Source: an uncultured Verrucomicrobia subdivision 3 bacterium
GTDB lineage: Bacteria > Verrucomicrobiota > Verrucomicrobiia > Limisphaerales > UBA11358
NCBI GenBank assembly: GCA_903878805.1
Contig: CAIRJF010000018.1
Location: forward strand, 19,276-83,275
DNA length: 64,000 bases
Reading direction: 5' to 3'
Shown: positions 8,801-18,420 of the stretch, piece after piece
Numbering within the stretch: the stretch's first letter is position 1
How the letters are laid out: each line of letters starts with the position of its first letter
The notes under the pieces: model-generated
The model's database searches: none
What the model saw: the letters and a program-made list of their open reading frames with translations, nothing else
What the model was told of the DNA's origin: nothing
Made by a program: the position numbers and the translations under genes

Positions 8801-10821
8801 TGCAAAACAACGCCACCTGTCTCGCGTCATATTACGACACGCTGCTCGACAACGCCTTCGGCAACTATCGCGCGTTGCTCAAGGCCGTCACGCTCACGCC
8901 CGCGATGGGTTTGTATCTGAACATGCAGGGCAACGCCAAGGCCAGCCTCATCACCGGCCAGCACGCGAATGAAAATTATGCGCGCGAAATCAACCAGCTT
9001 TTTTCCGTCGGCCTGAACCGGCTGTGGCCGGACGGCACTTTGATTTTGAACTCGGCCGGCAACCTCATCCCGACTTACACGCAGCCGAACGTCACCGGTT
9101 TTGCGCAGGCGCTGACGGGCTGGACGTATTATCAGACCAACCAGGCGAATGGCCGGTTGCCCACGAGTTTTTATCCGCCGGGAAATTATACCAACCCGAT
9201 GGTGCTCGTGCCGAATTACCACGACTTGACCACGAAGGCGCTGCTCGACAATGTCATGCTGCCCGCCGCGCTGGGCAATGCGGCAAATTCCACGCTGACG
9301 AATTATGATTTTTATTGCTCGCAGGATTTGGAGCAGGCGATGGATTCGATTTACAATCACCAGAACGTGGCACCCTTCATTTGCCGCCAGTTGATTCAAC
9401 GGCTCGTCACGAGCAACCCCAGCCGTGGCTACGTCTATCGCGTCGCACAGGTCTTCAACGACAACGGGAGCGGCGTGCGCGGCGACCTCGCGGCGGTCGT
9501 GAAGGCGATTCTGCTCGACTACGAGGCGCGCAGTCCCGACCTCATTTCACAGCCAACTTATGGCAAGCAGCGCGAGGCGCTGCTACGCGTGACGGCGATG
9601 GCGCGGGCGTTTCCGTCGCCGACCAACCAAAGCGGCACTTACTCTGAAAGCGGCTCGCAAACCATCACCGTCACGATGCCGCAAGCGCACCGCATGAACA
9701 GTGGCGACACGGTGACGCTGAATTTCACCGACACTTCCGGCAACGCCGCGCCGCCGAACCAGGCCTACAGTGTCACGGTCACAAACCCGAATGTATTCAG
9801 CATCAGCGCGCCCAACCTTTCCACCGGCACTTATGGCCAGACAAACGGCGTCATCACCGTCAACATTTCCGGCAATGGCCTGACACCCGGCAACGCAGTG
9901 TATCTTGCGTTCACCACCGGCGGCGCGGTAAGTGGCCTGTATTCCGTCACGGCGACCAACACGACGACGCAATTTCTTGTCAACACGCCGGATTTTGCCA
10001 CGCGTTCCGGCAACTGCCTGCTGCCAAAAATTTCCGCGAGCGGTTTTGTGCAGACGACCACGAACATCACCGTGAGTTGCGCCGGGCCGCACGCGCTGTT
10101 TGCAAGCGAGACGATTTACATTCCGCCGAGCGCACTGTTCATTCCCGCCGGGCAGTATCAGGTCGTTACCGTTCCCGATGCGACGCACTTCACGATTTAT
10201 ACGACCAACTCCACGAGCCAGACGCAGAGCGGCTTCAATGTATATCCGCTGGGTGCGCCGCCGTTGAACCGCTCGGGCAACGTGACCGTGAAATGGAGCA
10301 CATGGAACCTGAGCTATACCGATCCTGGTTATGTTGGCGTCACCGCGAGCCTGCAGCAATCGCCTTTGCGCGCGCCAACCGTGTTCAACTTTTTTTACCC
10401 GAACTACGAATTCCCCGGCGTGCTCGCCTCCGCCGGTTTGACGACGCCGGAATTTCAGCTCACGTCGGACACGGGCGTCGCGCTCCAGATGAATTTTATC
10501 GAAGGCGCGTTGTTGAACAATGGAAACAACACCAACGGCCTCTCGAGCTTCACCGGCGGCGACGGCGACATCGTGCTGGACATCGGCCCGTGGATGACGA
10601 CGAATTACACGCTCAACGCGGGCATCCCGGCGCTCGTGAGCAATTTGAACAACGTGCTGCTTGCCGGCCAGTTGTCCGCCGCCGCGCAGACGAACATCAT
10701 CAACTACGTCACGAACACGGTGAATTTTCCATCGCCCACGAACCAGTTGCAGATGCGCGACCGCATCCGCGCCGTCATCCACCTCATCACGGCCTCGCCG
10801 GACTTCACCATTCAAAAATAA
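5805..10821 (+). pseudogene. giant secreted multidomain DUF1800 protein (TSP3-like repeats, Calx-beta-like, PA14 x2, Ig-like, CHRD, DUF1800), with a +1 frameshift near 6636 as assembled
   Basis: ORF 5796-6902 (frame 3) has a signal peptide ...AGSAFA-Q and DxDGDG repeats, and ends its meaningful sequence at ...GTDFSALPVAV. ORF 6634-10821 (frame 1) continues TLAAGVSSQNINVAPL within the same Calx-beta-like module. PA14-like blocks lie at ~6800-7200 and ~7550-7990, CHRD-like at ~8090-8440, and DUF1800-like from ~8515 (FLTQATFGAT...NENYAREINQLFS). Confidence 0.8.
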
Positions 10822-10824
10822 TTT

Positions 10825-12327
10825 ATGAGCGATAAAAACATTTCCGTCATCACGCGCCGCCAGTTTCTCCGCCGCGTCGGCTGCGCCGCGATGGGCACGG
10901 CGGCCATGACGGCAGCCATCCGCGATTTGCGGTTCATGAACGCCGCTGTCGCGCAGTCGAACATCTCGGACTACAAGGCGCTCGTCTGCATTTTTCTTCA
11001 GGGCGGCAATGACTCGAACAACCTCGTCGTCCCCACCGTCACTTCCGAATACAACAACTACGCGTCCATCCGCACGCCCATCCTCGCGCTGCCGTCCGGT
11101 GCGCTGCAAACGCTCGACGGCTACACCGACCCCGCCGGCCACACGTTCGGCCTGCACCCGGCCTGTCCCGAACTAAAGACGCTTTTCAGCGAGGGCAAGC
11201 TGGCGATTTTGTTCAACACCGGCACGCTCGTTTATCCGATCACACACACGCAATACGTCACGGGAACCGGCTCCAAGCCGCCGCAGCTTTTTTCGCACGC
11301 CGACCAGCAGACGCAATGGCAGACCTCCGTGCCCGACCAGCCGCCGACCACCGGCTGGGGCGGACGCTGCGCCGACCTCTTGAATTCCGTCAACGGCAAC
11401 GCGCCCATTTCGCTTTCCGTTTCGCTTGCGGGCGCGAACACCTTCGAAATCGGCAACATTGTTTCGCAGTATTCCGTTTCCAGCAACGGTGCAATTTCCC
11501 TGACCGGCGTCAGCGGCGCGCGCCTCGCCGCACTGACCAACCTGCTCGGCCTCGCGTATCCGAACATGCAAGCGCAGGCCTACGCAGGTGTGGCCAATCA
11601 CTCTATCTCCACCGGCGCGCTCCTGAACAACGCCATCACCAATTCCGCACCGACAAATTTTTTCAGCAGCCCCTTCCCATCGATCATCACCACGCCGAAC
11701 GGCGGCGGCTCGTTCACGTCGAGCTTGAGTTCACAATTGAAGATGGTCGCGCGGCTCATCGAGGCCGGCAACCGCGCGAGCGGCGGCACCCCGGCTGGCT
11801 TTGGCATGAAGCGCCAGATTTTTTTCTGTCAGGTCGGCGGCTACGACCTGCACACCGGCCAGACCGGCTACACCTCCAACAACCCGAACAACGTCATTGT
11901 CGGCGCACACGCCAACCTGTTTGCGGACTTGAGCCAGTCGCTGCTGGTGTTCCAGCGCGCGATGGAGCAGCTCGGCTTGCAGAACAAAGTCACCGCCTTC
12001 ACCGCCAGCGATTTTGGCCGCACATTTCCCAGCAACGGCCAGGGCAGCGACCACGGCTGGGGCAGCCACCATCTCGTCGTCGGCGGCGCGGGCGCGGCGA
12101 ACAGCGGCTCGGTCGCGGGTGGCAAAACTTACGGCAAATTTCCCACGCTCGCCATCAACGGCCCGGACGACACCAACACCGGCCGGTGGATTCCGACCAC
12201 GGCGATTGATCAATACTTCGCCACCATCGCGACGTGGTTCGGCGTAGACAGCAGCAACCTCACCACGGTGTTTCCCAACATCGGCCGTTTCCCGACCGCC
12301 AACCTTGGCTTCATGAATCCTTCGTGA
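10825..12327 (+). CDS. DUF1501 family protein (sulfatase/alkaline-phosphatase-like), Tat signal
   Basis: Twin-arginine leader RRQFLRRVGCAAMG, then FLQGGNDSNN and GSDHGWGSHHLVVGG. ATG lies 4 nt after the DUF1800 stop. This is the classic DUF1800/DUF1501 gene pair of PVC bacteria. Confidence 0.9.
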   Translation: MSDKNISVITRRQFLRRVGCAAMGTAAMTAAIRDLRFMNAAVAQSNISDYKALVCIFLQGGNDSNNLVVPTVTSEYNNYASIRTPILALPSGALQTLDGYTDPAGHTFGLHPACPELKTLFSEGKLAILFNTGTLVYPITHTQYVTGTGSKPPQLFSHADQQTQWQTSVPDQPPTTGWGGRCADLLNSVNGNAPISLSVSLAGANTFEIGNIVSQYSVSSNGAISLTGVSGARLAALTNLLGLAYPNMQAQAYAGVANHSISTGALLNNAITNSAPTNFFSSPFPSIITTPNGGGSFTSSLSSQLKMVARLIEAGNRASGGTPAGFGMKRQIFFCQVGGYDLHTGQTGYTSNNPNNVIVGAHANLFADLSQSLLVFQRAMEQLGLQNKVTAFTASDFGRTFPSNGQGSDHGWGSHHLVVGGAGAANSGSVAGGKTYGKFPTLAINGPDDTNTGRWIPTTAIDQYFATIATWFGVDSSNLTTVFPNIGRFPTANLGFMNPS

Positions 12328-12328
12328 G

Positions 12329-12889
12329 ATGAAAAAAATCTGGGCAACAGTCGCCATCTTGGTCGTTGCGGTCGGAATTTATTTTTTGGAAAATAAAAAT
12401 TCCGCACCGCCAGCGCCATCGGCCACGAGCGTTGGTAATTCGCAAAACGATTCCACGGCGCCCGCCGCAACACAAAATTCCGCAATGGCTCCGGTGGCAG
12501 CGACGGCCATTGCGACCACAGCTCCGAACGATTTGTCCGCCCGCGCCGCTTCGCCGAATCCGCCGGCCACGACGGATGCAACACCCAACTTGCCGCCGCC
12601 GACCGTTTTGGACAACGCTCGCGTGGCCATCCACAATTACAACGCCGCGTTTGGCGAAAATCCCGTCGGCAACAATGTCGAGATCACCGCCGCGCTGATG
12701 GGAAAAAATCCGAAGCAGATAAATTTTATCAATAGCGAATCCGGTTTGCACGTCAATGCCAACGGAGAAATGGTTGATGGCTACGGCACGCCGTTATTTT
12801 TTCACCAGCTATCCGGGCAGGAAATGGAAATTCGCTCCGCTGGCGAAGACCGCAAGCTGTGGACCTTCGACGACCAGGTGACGCGGTAA
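12329..12889 (+). CDS. membrane-anchored hypothetical protein with a pseudopilin (GspG)-like C-terminal region
   Basis: N-terminal TM (IWATVAILVVAVGIYFL), an Ala/Pro-rich linker, and a C-terminus VDGYGTPLFFHQ...IRSAGEDRKLWTFDD resembling DPWGxPY...SxGxDGxxxTxDD of T2SS major pseudopilins. ATG lies 2 nt after the DUF1501 stop. Confidence 0.6.
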   Translation: MKKIWATVAILVVAVGIYFLENKNSAPPAPSATSVGNSQNDSTAPAATQNSAMAPVAATAIATTAPNDLSARAASPNPPATTDATPNLPPPTVLDNARVAIHNYNAAFGENPVGNNVEITAALMGKNPKQINFINSESGLHVNANGEMVDGYGTPLFFHQLSGQEMEIRSAGEDRKLWTFDDQVTR

Positions 12890-12892
12890 AAC

Positions 12893-13660
12893 TTACTTGC
12901 AGATGCCGCGCGTGCTGGCGCGGATAAACTGGACGAGGTGCTTGATTTCGGGCAATGCGGGCAGTTCCGCCTCGATTTTGGCCAGCGCCTCGGCCTGCAT
13001 CAAACCTTCGCGGAAAATAATTTTATGCGCCGTGCGCAGCGCCACTTGCGCCGCCTCGGAAATACCCGCGCGCTCCAGACCGATTTTATTGACGGCGCGT
13101 GCCTCCGCAGGATTGCCCTCAACAATCATATACGGCGTCACATCCTGCGGAATGCGCGAACAGCCCCCCGTCATGGCAAATGTGCCGATGCGGCAAAATT
13201 GATGCACCGCCGTGTAGCCGCCCAGAATCGCGTGATCTTCCACGATGACGTGTCCGGCCAGACCGACAAAACCAGACATGATAATGTGATTTCCGAGCTG
13301 ACAGTCGTGTGCAATATGGACATAGGTCAGCAAAAGATTGTGCGAACCAACCACGGTCGCATCGCCGTCCGTAGTTGCAGAATGAATCGTTACGCCCTCA
13401 CGAAAAACATTGTCGTCACCGATACGCAGATGCGTGACCCCGCCCTTGTATTTTAAATCCTGCGTCTTGAGACCGATGGATGCGAAGGGAAAAAATTCAT
13501 TCCGCGCGCCGAGCACCGTATGTCCATCCACGACGACATGCGAATGCAATTTGCAATTCTCACCGAGTGTGACGTTCTCGCCGATGACGCAATACGGACC
13601 GATTTGGCAGTTCGCGCCGACCTGCGCTTTGGGATGAATGATGGCAGTGGGATGAATCAT
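12893..13660 (-). CDS. lpxA: acyl-ACP--UDP-N-acetylglucosamine O-acyltransferase
   Basis: Left-handed beta-helix hexapeptide repeats from MIHPTAIIHPKAQVG and an LpxA-type C-terminal helical domain; 255 aa. Confidence 0.92.
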   Translation of the reverse strand: MIHPTAIIHPKAQVGANCQIGPYCVIGENVTLGENCKLHSHVVVDGHTVLGARNEFFPFASIGLKTQDLKYKGGVTHLRIGDDNVFREGVTIHSATTDGDATVVGSHNLLLTYVHIAHDCQLGNHIIMSGFVGLAGHVIVEDHAILGGYTAVHQFCRIGTFAMTGGCSRIPQDVTPYMIVEGNPAEARAVNKIGLERAGISEAAQVALRTAHKIIFREGLMQAEALAKIEAELPALPEIKHLVQFIRASTRGICK

Positions 13661-14988
13661 GCGTCGCGCAACATGAAGGTCACGTTCGCCTCGCTGACCA
13701 CTTCGCCGTCCACCTTACAGACGCCCTTGGCCTTGCCAATCTTGCCGCGAATTTTAACCAGTTCCACCTCGATGATCAGCACGTCACCGGGCAACACGGG
13801 CTTGCGCCATTTCACTTCCTCCGCCGCCATGAAATACGCCAACTGGTTCGCCAGCTCGATGCGCTTGAGTAATAAAATTCCCGCGACCTGCGCCATCGCT
13901 TCCAACTGCAACACACCGGGCATAATCGGATGTTCCGGAAAATGTCCGCGGAAAAAATCCTCGCCCATCGTCACGTTTTTTTGGCCGATGATGGTGTTGC
14001 CTTCAATTTTCAAAATCCGATCCACCAGCAAAAACGGCGGGCGATGCGGCAACATCTTCATCACTGCCTCAATGTCCATCGCGCCTTCGGCGGCGGGCAA
14101 AGGCGCAGGCGCATCCTTGGCCGGCGGCGGCGCAAACGTCTGCGCGGCACGGATGGGCTTGTTGATTTGCTCGACGATTTTTTTGACCAGTTCCACGTTG
14201 CCCGCGTGACCGGGGCGCACCGCGATAACGTGGCCGCGAATCGTTTTGCCCAACAACGACAGGTCGCCCACGATGTCCAACATCTTGTGCCGCACAAATT
14301 CCTCGGGATAACGCAGCGGCTCCGTCGTCAGCACCGCGTCATCGCGGATGACGATGGCATTCTCCAAACTGCCGCCTTTGATGAGTCCGTTCTTGAAGAG
14401 AAATTCAATCTCCTCGTAAAAACAAAAAGTTCGCGCGTGCGACAATTCTTTTTCCCACGACTTGGGATTCACTTCGGTGGAATAAAATTGTGTGAACCGC
14501 CCCTGCTTGTCCGCGCTCGTGCAAGTCACTTTGAAATTTTCGTCGGGGAACAACGTCATGGACGTTTCGCCGTGGCGCACTTCAATCGGTTCCGACGGCG
14601 TGAAAATTTCTTTCTTTTCCGCCAGCGGCACGATGCCCGCCGCCAAAATGATTTTACAGAACTCGCGCGAACTGCCATCCGCGATGGGCGGCTCGTTGGC
14701 ATCCAGTTCCACGATGGCGTTGTCCACGCCGTAGCCCGCGAGCGCGGCGAGGACGTGTTCGACCGTGTGGACTTTGACATTGCCTTTGGCGAGGGTCGTG
14801 GAGCGGTTCGTCTCCGAGACATTTTCCACGCGCGCCTCGATTTCCGGTTTGCCGTCCAAATCCACGCGGCGGAAACGCACGCCGCTGTTGGCGGGTGCGG
14901 GCAGGATCGTCATGTTGACGCTATTGCCGCTGTGCAGGCCGATGCCGGAAAAACTGGCAGGACGATTGAGAGTCTGCTGATTGAGCAC
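13657..14988 (-). CDS. lpxC: bifunctional UDP-3-O-acyl-GlcNAc deacetylase / 3-hydroxyacyl-ACP dehydratase (LpxC-FabZ fusion)
   Basis: N-terminal LpxC (FSGIGLHSG..., TVEHVLAAL) fused to a C-terminal FabZ hot-dog (LPHRPPFLLVDR...GHFPEHPIMPGVL). 4-nt overlap with lpxA. Confidence 0.92.
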   Translation of the reverse strand: MLNQQTLNRPASFSGIGLHSGNSVNMTILPAPANSGVRFRRVDLDGKPEIEARVENVSETNRSTTLAKGNVKVHTVEHVLAALAGYGVDNAIVELDANEPPIADGSSREFCKIILAAGIVPLAEKKEIFTPSEPIEVRHGETSMTLFPDENFKVTCTSADKQGRFTQFYSTEVNPKSWEKELSHARTFCFYEEIEFLFKNGLIKGGSLENAIVIRDDAVLTTEPLRYPEEFVRHKMLDIVGDLSLLGKTIRGHVIAVRPGHAGNVELVKKIVEQINKPIRAAQTFAPPPAKDAPAPLPAAEGAMDIEAVMKMLPHRPPFLLVDRILKIEGNTIIGQKNVTMGEDFFRGHFPEHPIMPGVLQLEAMAQVAGILLLKRIELANQLAYFMAAEEVKWRKPVLPGDVLIIEVELVKIRGKIGKAKGVCKVDGEVVSEANVTFMLRDA

Positions 14989-15102
14989 GCCAGATTGAAC
15001 AAAACCCAGCGCACGTTGGCAAGATTGCTTTCAAAGCCGACGCCCGGCTAAGTGGTGAAAAACCTTCTGGACAGCCTCTCTCGTTGGAAATAGGGTGGCA
15101 AA

Positions 15103-15798
15103 ATGAAACACCTCGCAGCCTATTTGATTTTCGCCGCTGCCTTTTCATTCGCCGTCAAAGCTGATGATGCAGAAAATGCACCGGCGTTATCTCTTTCACG
15201 GCTTAAAGAACAGGGCGTGTATGGTTTTCCACAAAAGAGCGCAACGGTGCTTTGCGACCAGCCTGAATTGCGCTTCTCCGTTTGGAACAATGATGAATAC
15301 CTTTTCGCTCAAGCCGTCGTTTGGAAAGATGACGACGCATCGCTTGGCAAGACCGACGACAACCGGGAAATCGGAGATTGGTCAGTTTTGATGCTAGATT
15401 TGGATGCTGATGGAAAAGCAACGCCCAATGTTGATCGGGATTATACTTTGAATCCTTGGCCTGAAATGAATGGACTTTATTGCCAGATCAGCATGGGTGA
15501 AAGAAGTTCAACCGGATTGAAAAGTGATTCCCATGGCCGGGGAGCAATTCGATATATCAATGTTGCAGTTGGAAAACAGGTGCGCGTTGACACCTTCTTG
15601 ATTCCGTTGACAGAAATTTCCCGGCAAGTCGGCGACCGGATACGCCTCTGTTACTGGGGGCAATCGCCGAAACCGATGCTCACTGTGAACTCCGCCGGTT
15701 ATGCGCGCGATGGCAAAGATTATTTCAGCTACCGTATTCCGCTTTCCAAATACCATAATTATAATTTGACCAAGGGTGATGAAATTAATTTTTTTTAA
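15103..15798 (+). CDS. secreted hypothetical protein
   Basis: Signal peptide MKHLAAYLIFAAAFSFAVKA. No family recognised with certainty; only a weak CBM9/DOMON-like impression (FSVWNNDEYLF...VWKDDD...GDWSVLMLD). Visibly AT-richer than the flanks. Confidence 0.55.
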   Translation: MKHLAAYLIFAAAFSFAVKADDAENAPALSLSRLKEQGVYGFPQKSATVLCDQPELRFSVWNNDEYLFAQAVVWKDDDASLGKTDDNREIGDWSVLMLDLDADGKATPNVDRDYTLNPWPEMNGLYCQISMGERSSTGLKSDSHGRGAIRYINVAVGKQVRVDTFLIPLTEISRQVGDRIRLCYWGQSPKPMLTVNSAGYARDGKDYFSYRIPLSKYHNYNLTKGDEINFF

Positions 15799-15849
15799 GT
15801 CCCGGAAGGCCGTAATGATATTCCCATCTTACAACACAAAAACGTGCCG

Positions 15850-16263
15850 ATGCCTAAAACTGGTTCCGTCGCCCCGGAAATCTCTGTCAAGGAATGGATT
15901 AATTTGAAAGGGATGCCGACGCTGGCAAGCTTGCGCGGCAAAGTGGTGGTGGTGGAATTTTGGGCGACGTGGTGTGGACCTTGCATCGAAGGCATTCCGC
16001 ATCTGAACAAACTCCAATACCAATATGCAGGCAAAGATTTCCAGTTGTTGAGTCTGGTTCAAGAAGGACACAAAACCATGGACAAATTTCTGGCAAGAAA
16101 CCAAGTTGATTACCCCATTGGCCTAGAAAGCAATTCACTGGAGGGCTATGGAATCAGCAGCATCCCGCAGGCATTCGTGATCAACCAAATTGGAAAAATT
16201 ATTTGGGAAGGGAACAGTGATTCAAAGGAACTGGATGACGCCATTTCGTCAGCCATGAAATAG
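15850..16263 (+). CDS. thioredoxin-fold thiol:disulfide oxidoreductase (TlpA/ResA-like)
   Basis: WATWCGPC active site and a redoxin-like layout. No obvious signal peptide. ATG 15850 (GTG 15844 is an alternative). Confidence 0.8.
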   Translation: MPKTGSVAPEISVKEWINLKGMPTLASLRGKVVVVEFWATWCGPCIEGIPHLNKLQYQYAGKDFQLLSLVQEGHKTMDKFLARNQVDYPIGLESNSLEGYGISSIPQAFVINQIGKIIWEGNSDSKELDDAISSAMK

Positions 16264-16267
16264 TTTT

Positions 16268-17413
16268 CTATTTTTCCGCCGTCTGCCGCGCCCACGTATC
16301 GGCTTCCAAAATTTGTTCCAGCGTCGGATGCTTGACAACTTTGTGCTCGTCCATCGTGCGCCGAACAGTTTCGGTGATTTGCGGGAAGTTAATTTTGCGA
16401 TTCACGAAAGCGTCAACAGCAACTTCATTTGCGGCGTTGAAAACGGCGGGCATGGTGCCGCACGTTTCCCCTGCCCTGCGCGCCAACAGAATCGAGGGGA
16501 AACGGTCTGTGTCAGGCTCCTCAAATGTCAGCGTGCCGATTTTCGGAAAATTCGTCTGCACGCGCGCGCTCGCGGCGCGGTCGGGATAGGTCAGCGCGTA
16601 TTGAATCGGCAGACACATGTCCGGCGTGGACAACTGCGCGATGAGCGAGCCGTCCACAAACTCCACCATCGAATGCACAATGCTCTGCGGATGCACGACG
16701 ACTCCGACGCGCGCCATCTCGATGTCGAACAGCCAGCGCGCTTCGATCATTTCGAGTCCCTTGTTGAACAAGGTCGCGGAATCAATCGTGATTTTGCGAC
16801 CCATGACCCATGACGGATGTTTGAGCGCGCGTTCGACGGTGATTTCGGAAAACTTTTCTTTCGGCCAAAGCGTTTTATCGCGGAACGGCCCGCCGCTCGC
16901 GGTCAATAAAAGTTGGCGCACGGAATTGGTCGGCTTGCCGTCGAGGCATTGAAAGATGGCGGAATGCTCGCTGTCCACGGCCAGCACGCGCACGCCGTGT
17001 TTGCGCGCTTCGTTCATCACGATTTCGCCGGCCATCACGAGAATTTCTTTAGACGCGACGGCGATGTCTTTGCCCGCGCGGATTGCCGCGAGCGCCGGTT
17101 GCAATCCCGCCGTGCCAACGATAGCGATGAGCACGATGTCGGCTGCAGGCAGCGTGGCGAGTTTGAGCAAACCTTCGTTGCCGCAGAGAACTTGCGTGGA
17201 TGCGCCCAGCGTATTTTGTAATTCCTTCGCCTTCGCCGGATCAGAAATGGATATGACGGCGGGCTTATGTTTAAGCGTTTGTTCGAGGAGCAAATCAGAA
17301 TTACCACCCGCCGCGAGACCGATGAGGCGGATTTGGTCCGGCAAATCTTCCGCGACTTTGACGGTGCTCGTGCCGATGGAACCGGTGCTGCCGAGGAGAA
17401 CGACGTTTTTCAT
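16268..17413 (-). CDS. dxr: 1-deoxy-D-xylulose 5-phosphate reductoisomerase
   Basis: N-terminal LLGSTGSIGTST NADPH motif and a full-length 381-aa Dxr-type sequence. Confidence 0.93.
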   Translation of the reverse strand: MKNVVLLGSTGSIGTSTVKVAEDLPDQIRLIGLAAGGNSDLLLEQTLKHKPAVISISDPAKAKELQNTLGASTQVLCGNEGLLKLATLPAADIVLIAIVGTAGLQPALAAIRAGKDIAVASKEILVMAGEIVMNEARKHGVRVLAVDSEHSAIFQCLDGKPTNSVRQLLLTASGGPFRDKTLWPKEKFSEITVERALKHPSWVMGRKITIDSATLFNKGLEMIEARWLFDIEMARVGVVVHPQSIVHSMVEFVDGSLIAQLSTPDMCLPIQYALTYPDRAASARVQTNFPKIGTLTFEEPDTDRFPSILLARRAGETCGTMPAVFNAANEVAVDAFVNRKINFPQITETVRRTMDEHKVVKHPTLEQILEADTWARQTAEK

Positions 17414-18345
17414 GGGTGCGTGAGGATGTGCCGCAGATACAAATACATAATGGGCGCGTTGAACAACAGACTATCGAGCAGGTCGAGAATGCCTCCAATG
17501 CCAGGAAACAGCGCGCCGGAATCTTTCACGCCGGCTTCGCGTTTGAAGAGCGATTCAATCAAATCGCCGATGACCGCCGTGATGCTCAAGATAACGCCGA
17601 GGATGACGGCGTGCAGATAATTCATCCCGACCATTTTCTCGCCAAAGAAATGCACGAACGCCAGACTCGCGCCGGTCGAAACCAAAATTGCGCCAAAGAA
17701 CCCTTCCCACGTTTTGCCAGGACTGATGCGCGGAATCATTTTGTGTTTACCAATCAGCGAGCCTACGGCATACGCGCCCATATCGCTGAACTTGGTGATG
17801 AGAATGAAGTAGAGCAGGAAAAATTTCCCCGCATCCGCCGGACTGCCGGGCGCGAACGAAAAGAAATTTATCTTCTGAATGAAGTTGAACAGCCACGGCA
17901 CATACATCAGGCCAAAGAGCGTTGTGGAAATTGCCACCAAGCCGGCGGTGTTCGACTTGGAAACAAATTGCCGGACGCATAAGCCCAACACGAACAGGAT
18001 GAGGAAGCCGGTCTCAAAATCATTCGCGCGCGCCGGCGAATCGTTGATGCCAAAATATTTCGTCGTCAGGTGAAAAAAAGTTCCGAGCATCAGGAGCAGC
18101 GCCCCGACGACACCGGAAATTTTGAAGCTGGCCAGCCCGCGTTTTTCTGCGAGCGCGTAAAATTCCACCAGCCCCGTCAACGCTAGAAAAACAACCAGCA
18201 CGATGAACACGCCGTCGGAAACGTAGTGGTTGCCGCAAAACATTGCGACGAGTATGACCGTCCAGAGCAGCAACGTGGACAGCAGACGGCGCGCAAAAAC
18301 TTGAGCTTTGGACGGCGTCGGCTTGGCGTTGGTTGGCTCGGACAT
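17410..18345 (-). CDS. cdsA: phosphatidate cytidylyltransferase
   Basis: Multi-TM protein with the C-terminal CdsA signature SLFKREAGVKDSGALFPGIGGILDLLDS. ATG 18345 was chosen because a minus-strand terminator hairpin (18421-18452) lies inside the longer ORF to 18441. Confidence 0.85.
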   Translation of the reverse strand: MSEPTNAKPTPSKAQVFARRLLSTLLLWTVILVAMFCGNHYVSDGVFIVLVVFLALTGLVEFYALAEKRGLASFKISGVVGALLLMLGTFFHLTTKYFGINDSPARANDFETGFLILFVLGLCVRQFVSKSNTAGLVAISTTLFGLMYVPWLFNFIQKINFFSFAPGSPADAGKFFLLYFILITKFSDMGAYAVGSLIGKHKMIPRISPGKTWEGFFGAILVSTGASLAFVHFFGEKMVGMNYLHAVILGVILSITAVIGDLIESLFKREAGVKDSGALFPGIGGILDLLDSLLFNAPIMYLYLRHILTHP

Positions 18346-18420
18346 GAGCGCGGAAATTAACAGGGGCGATGCGAAAAGCCAACGCGATTTACTTTTGAAA
18401 ATGGTGGCCGTTTCAACGGC

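Noticed and set aside
7519-11157. Long minus-strand ORFs 7519-8805 (428 aa) and 9583-11157 (524 aa)
   Set aside because: They are antisense to the DUF1800 and DUF1501 genes. Their translations are Arg/Gly/Asp-rich nonsense without domain-like patterns. These are shadow ORFs.
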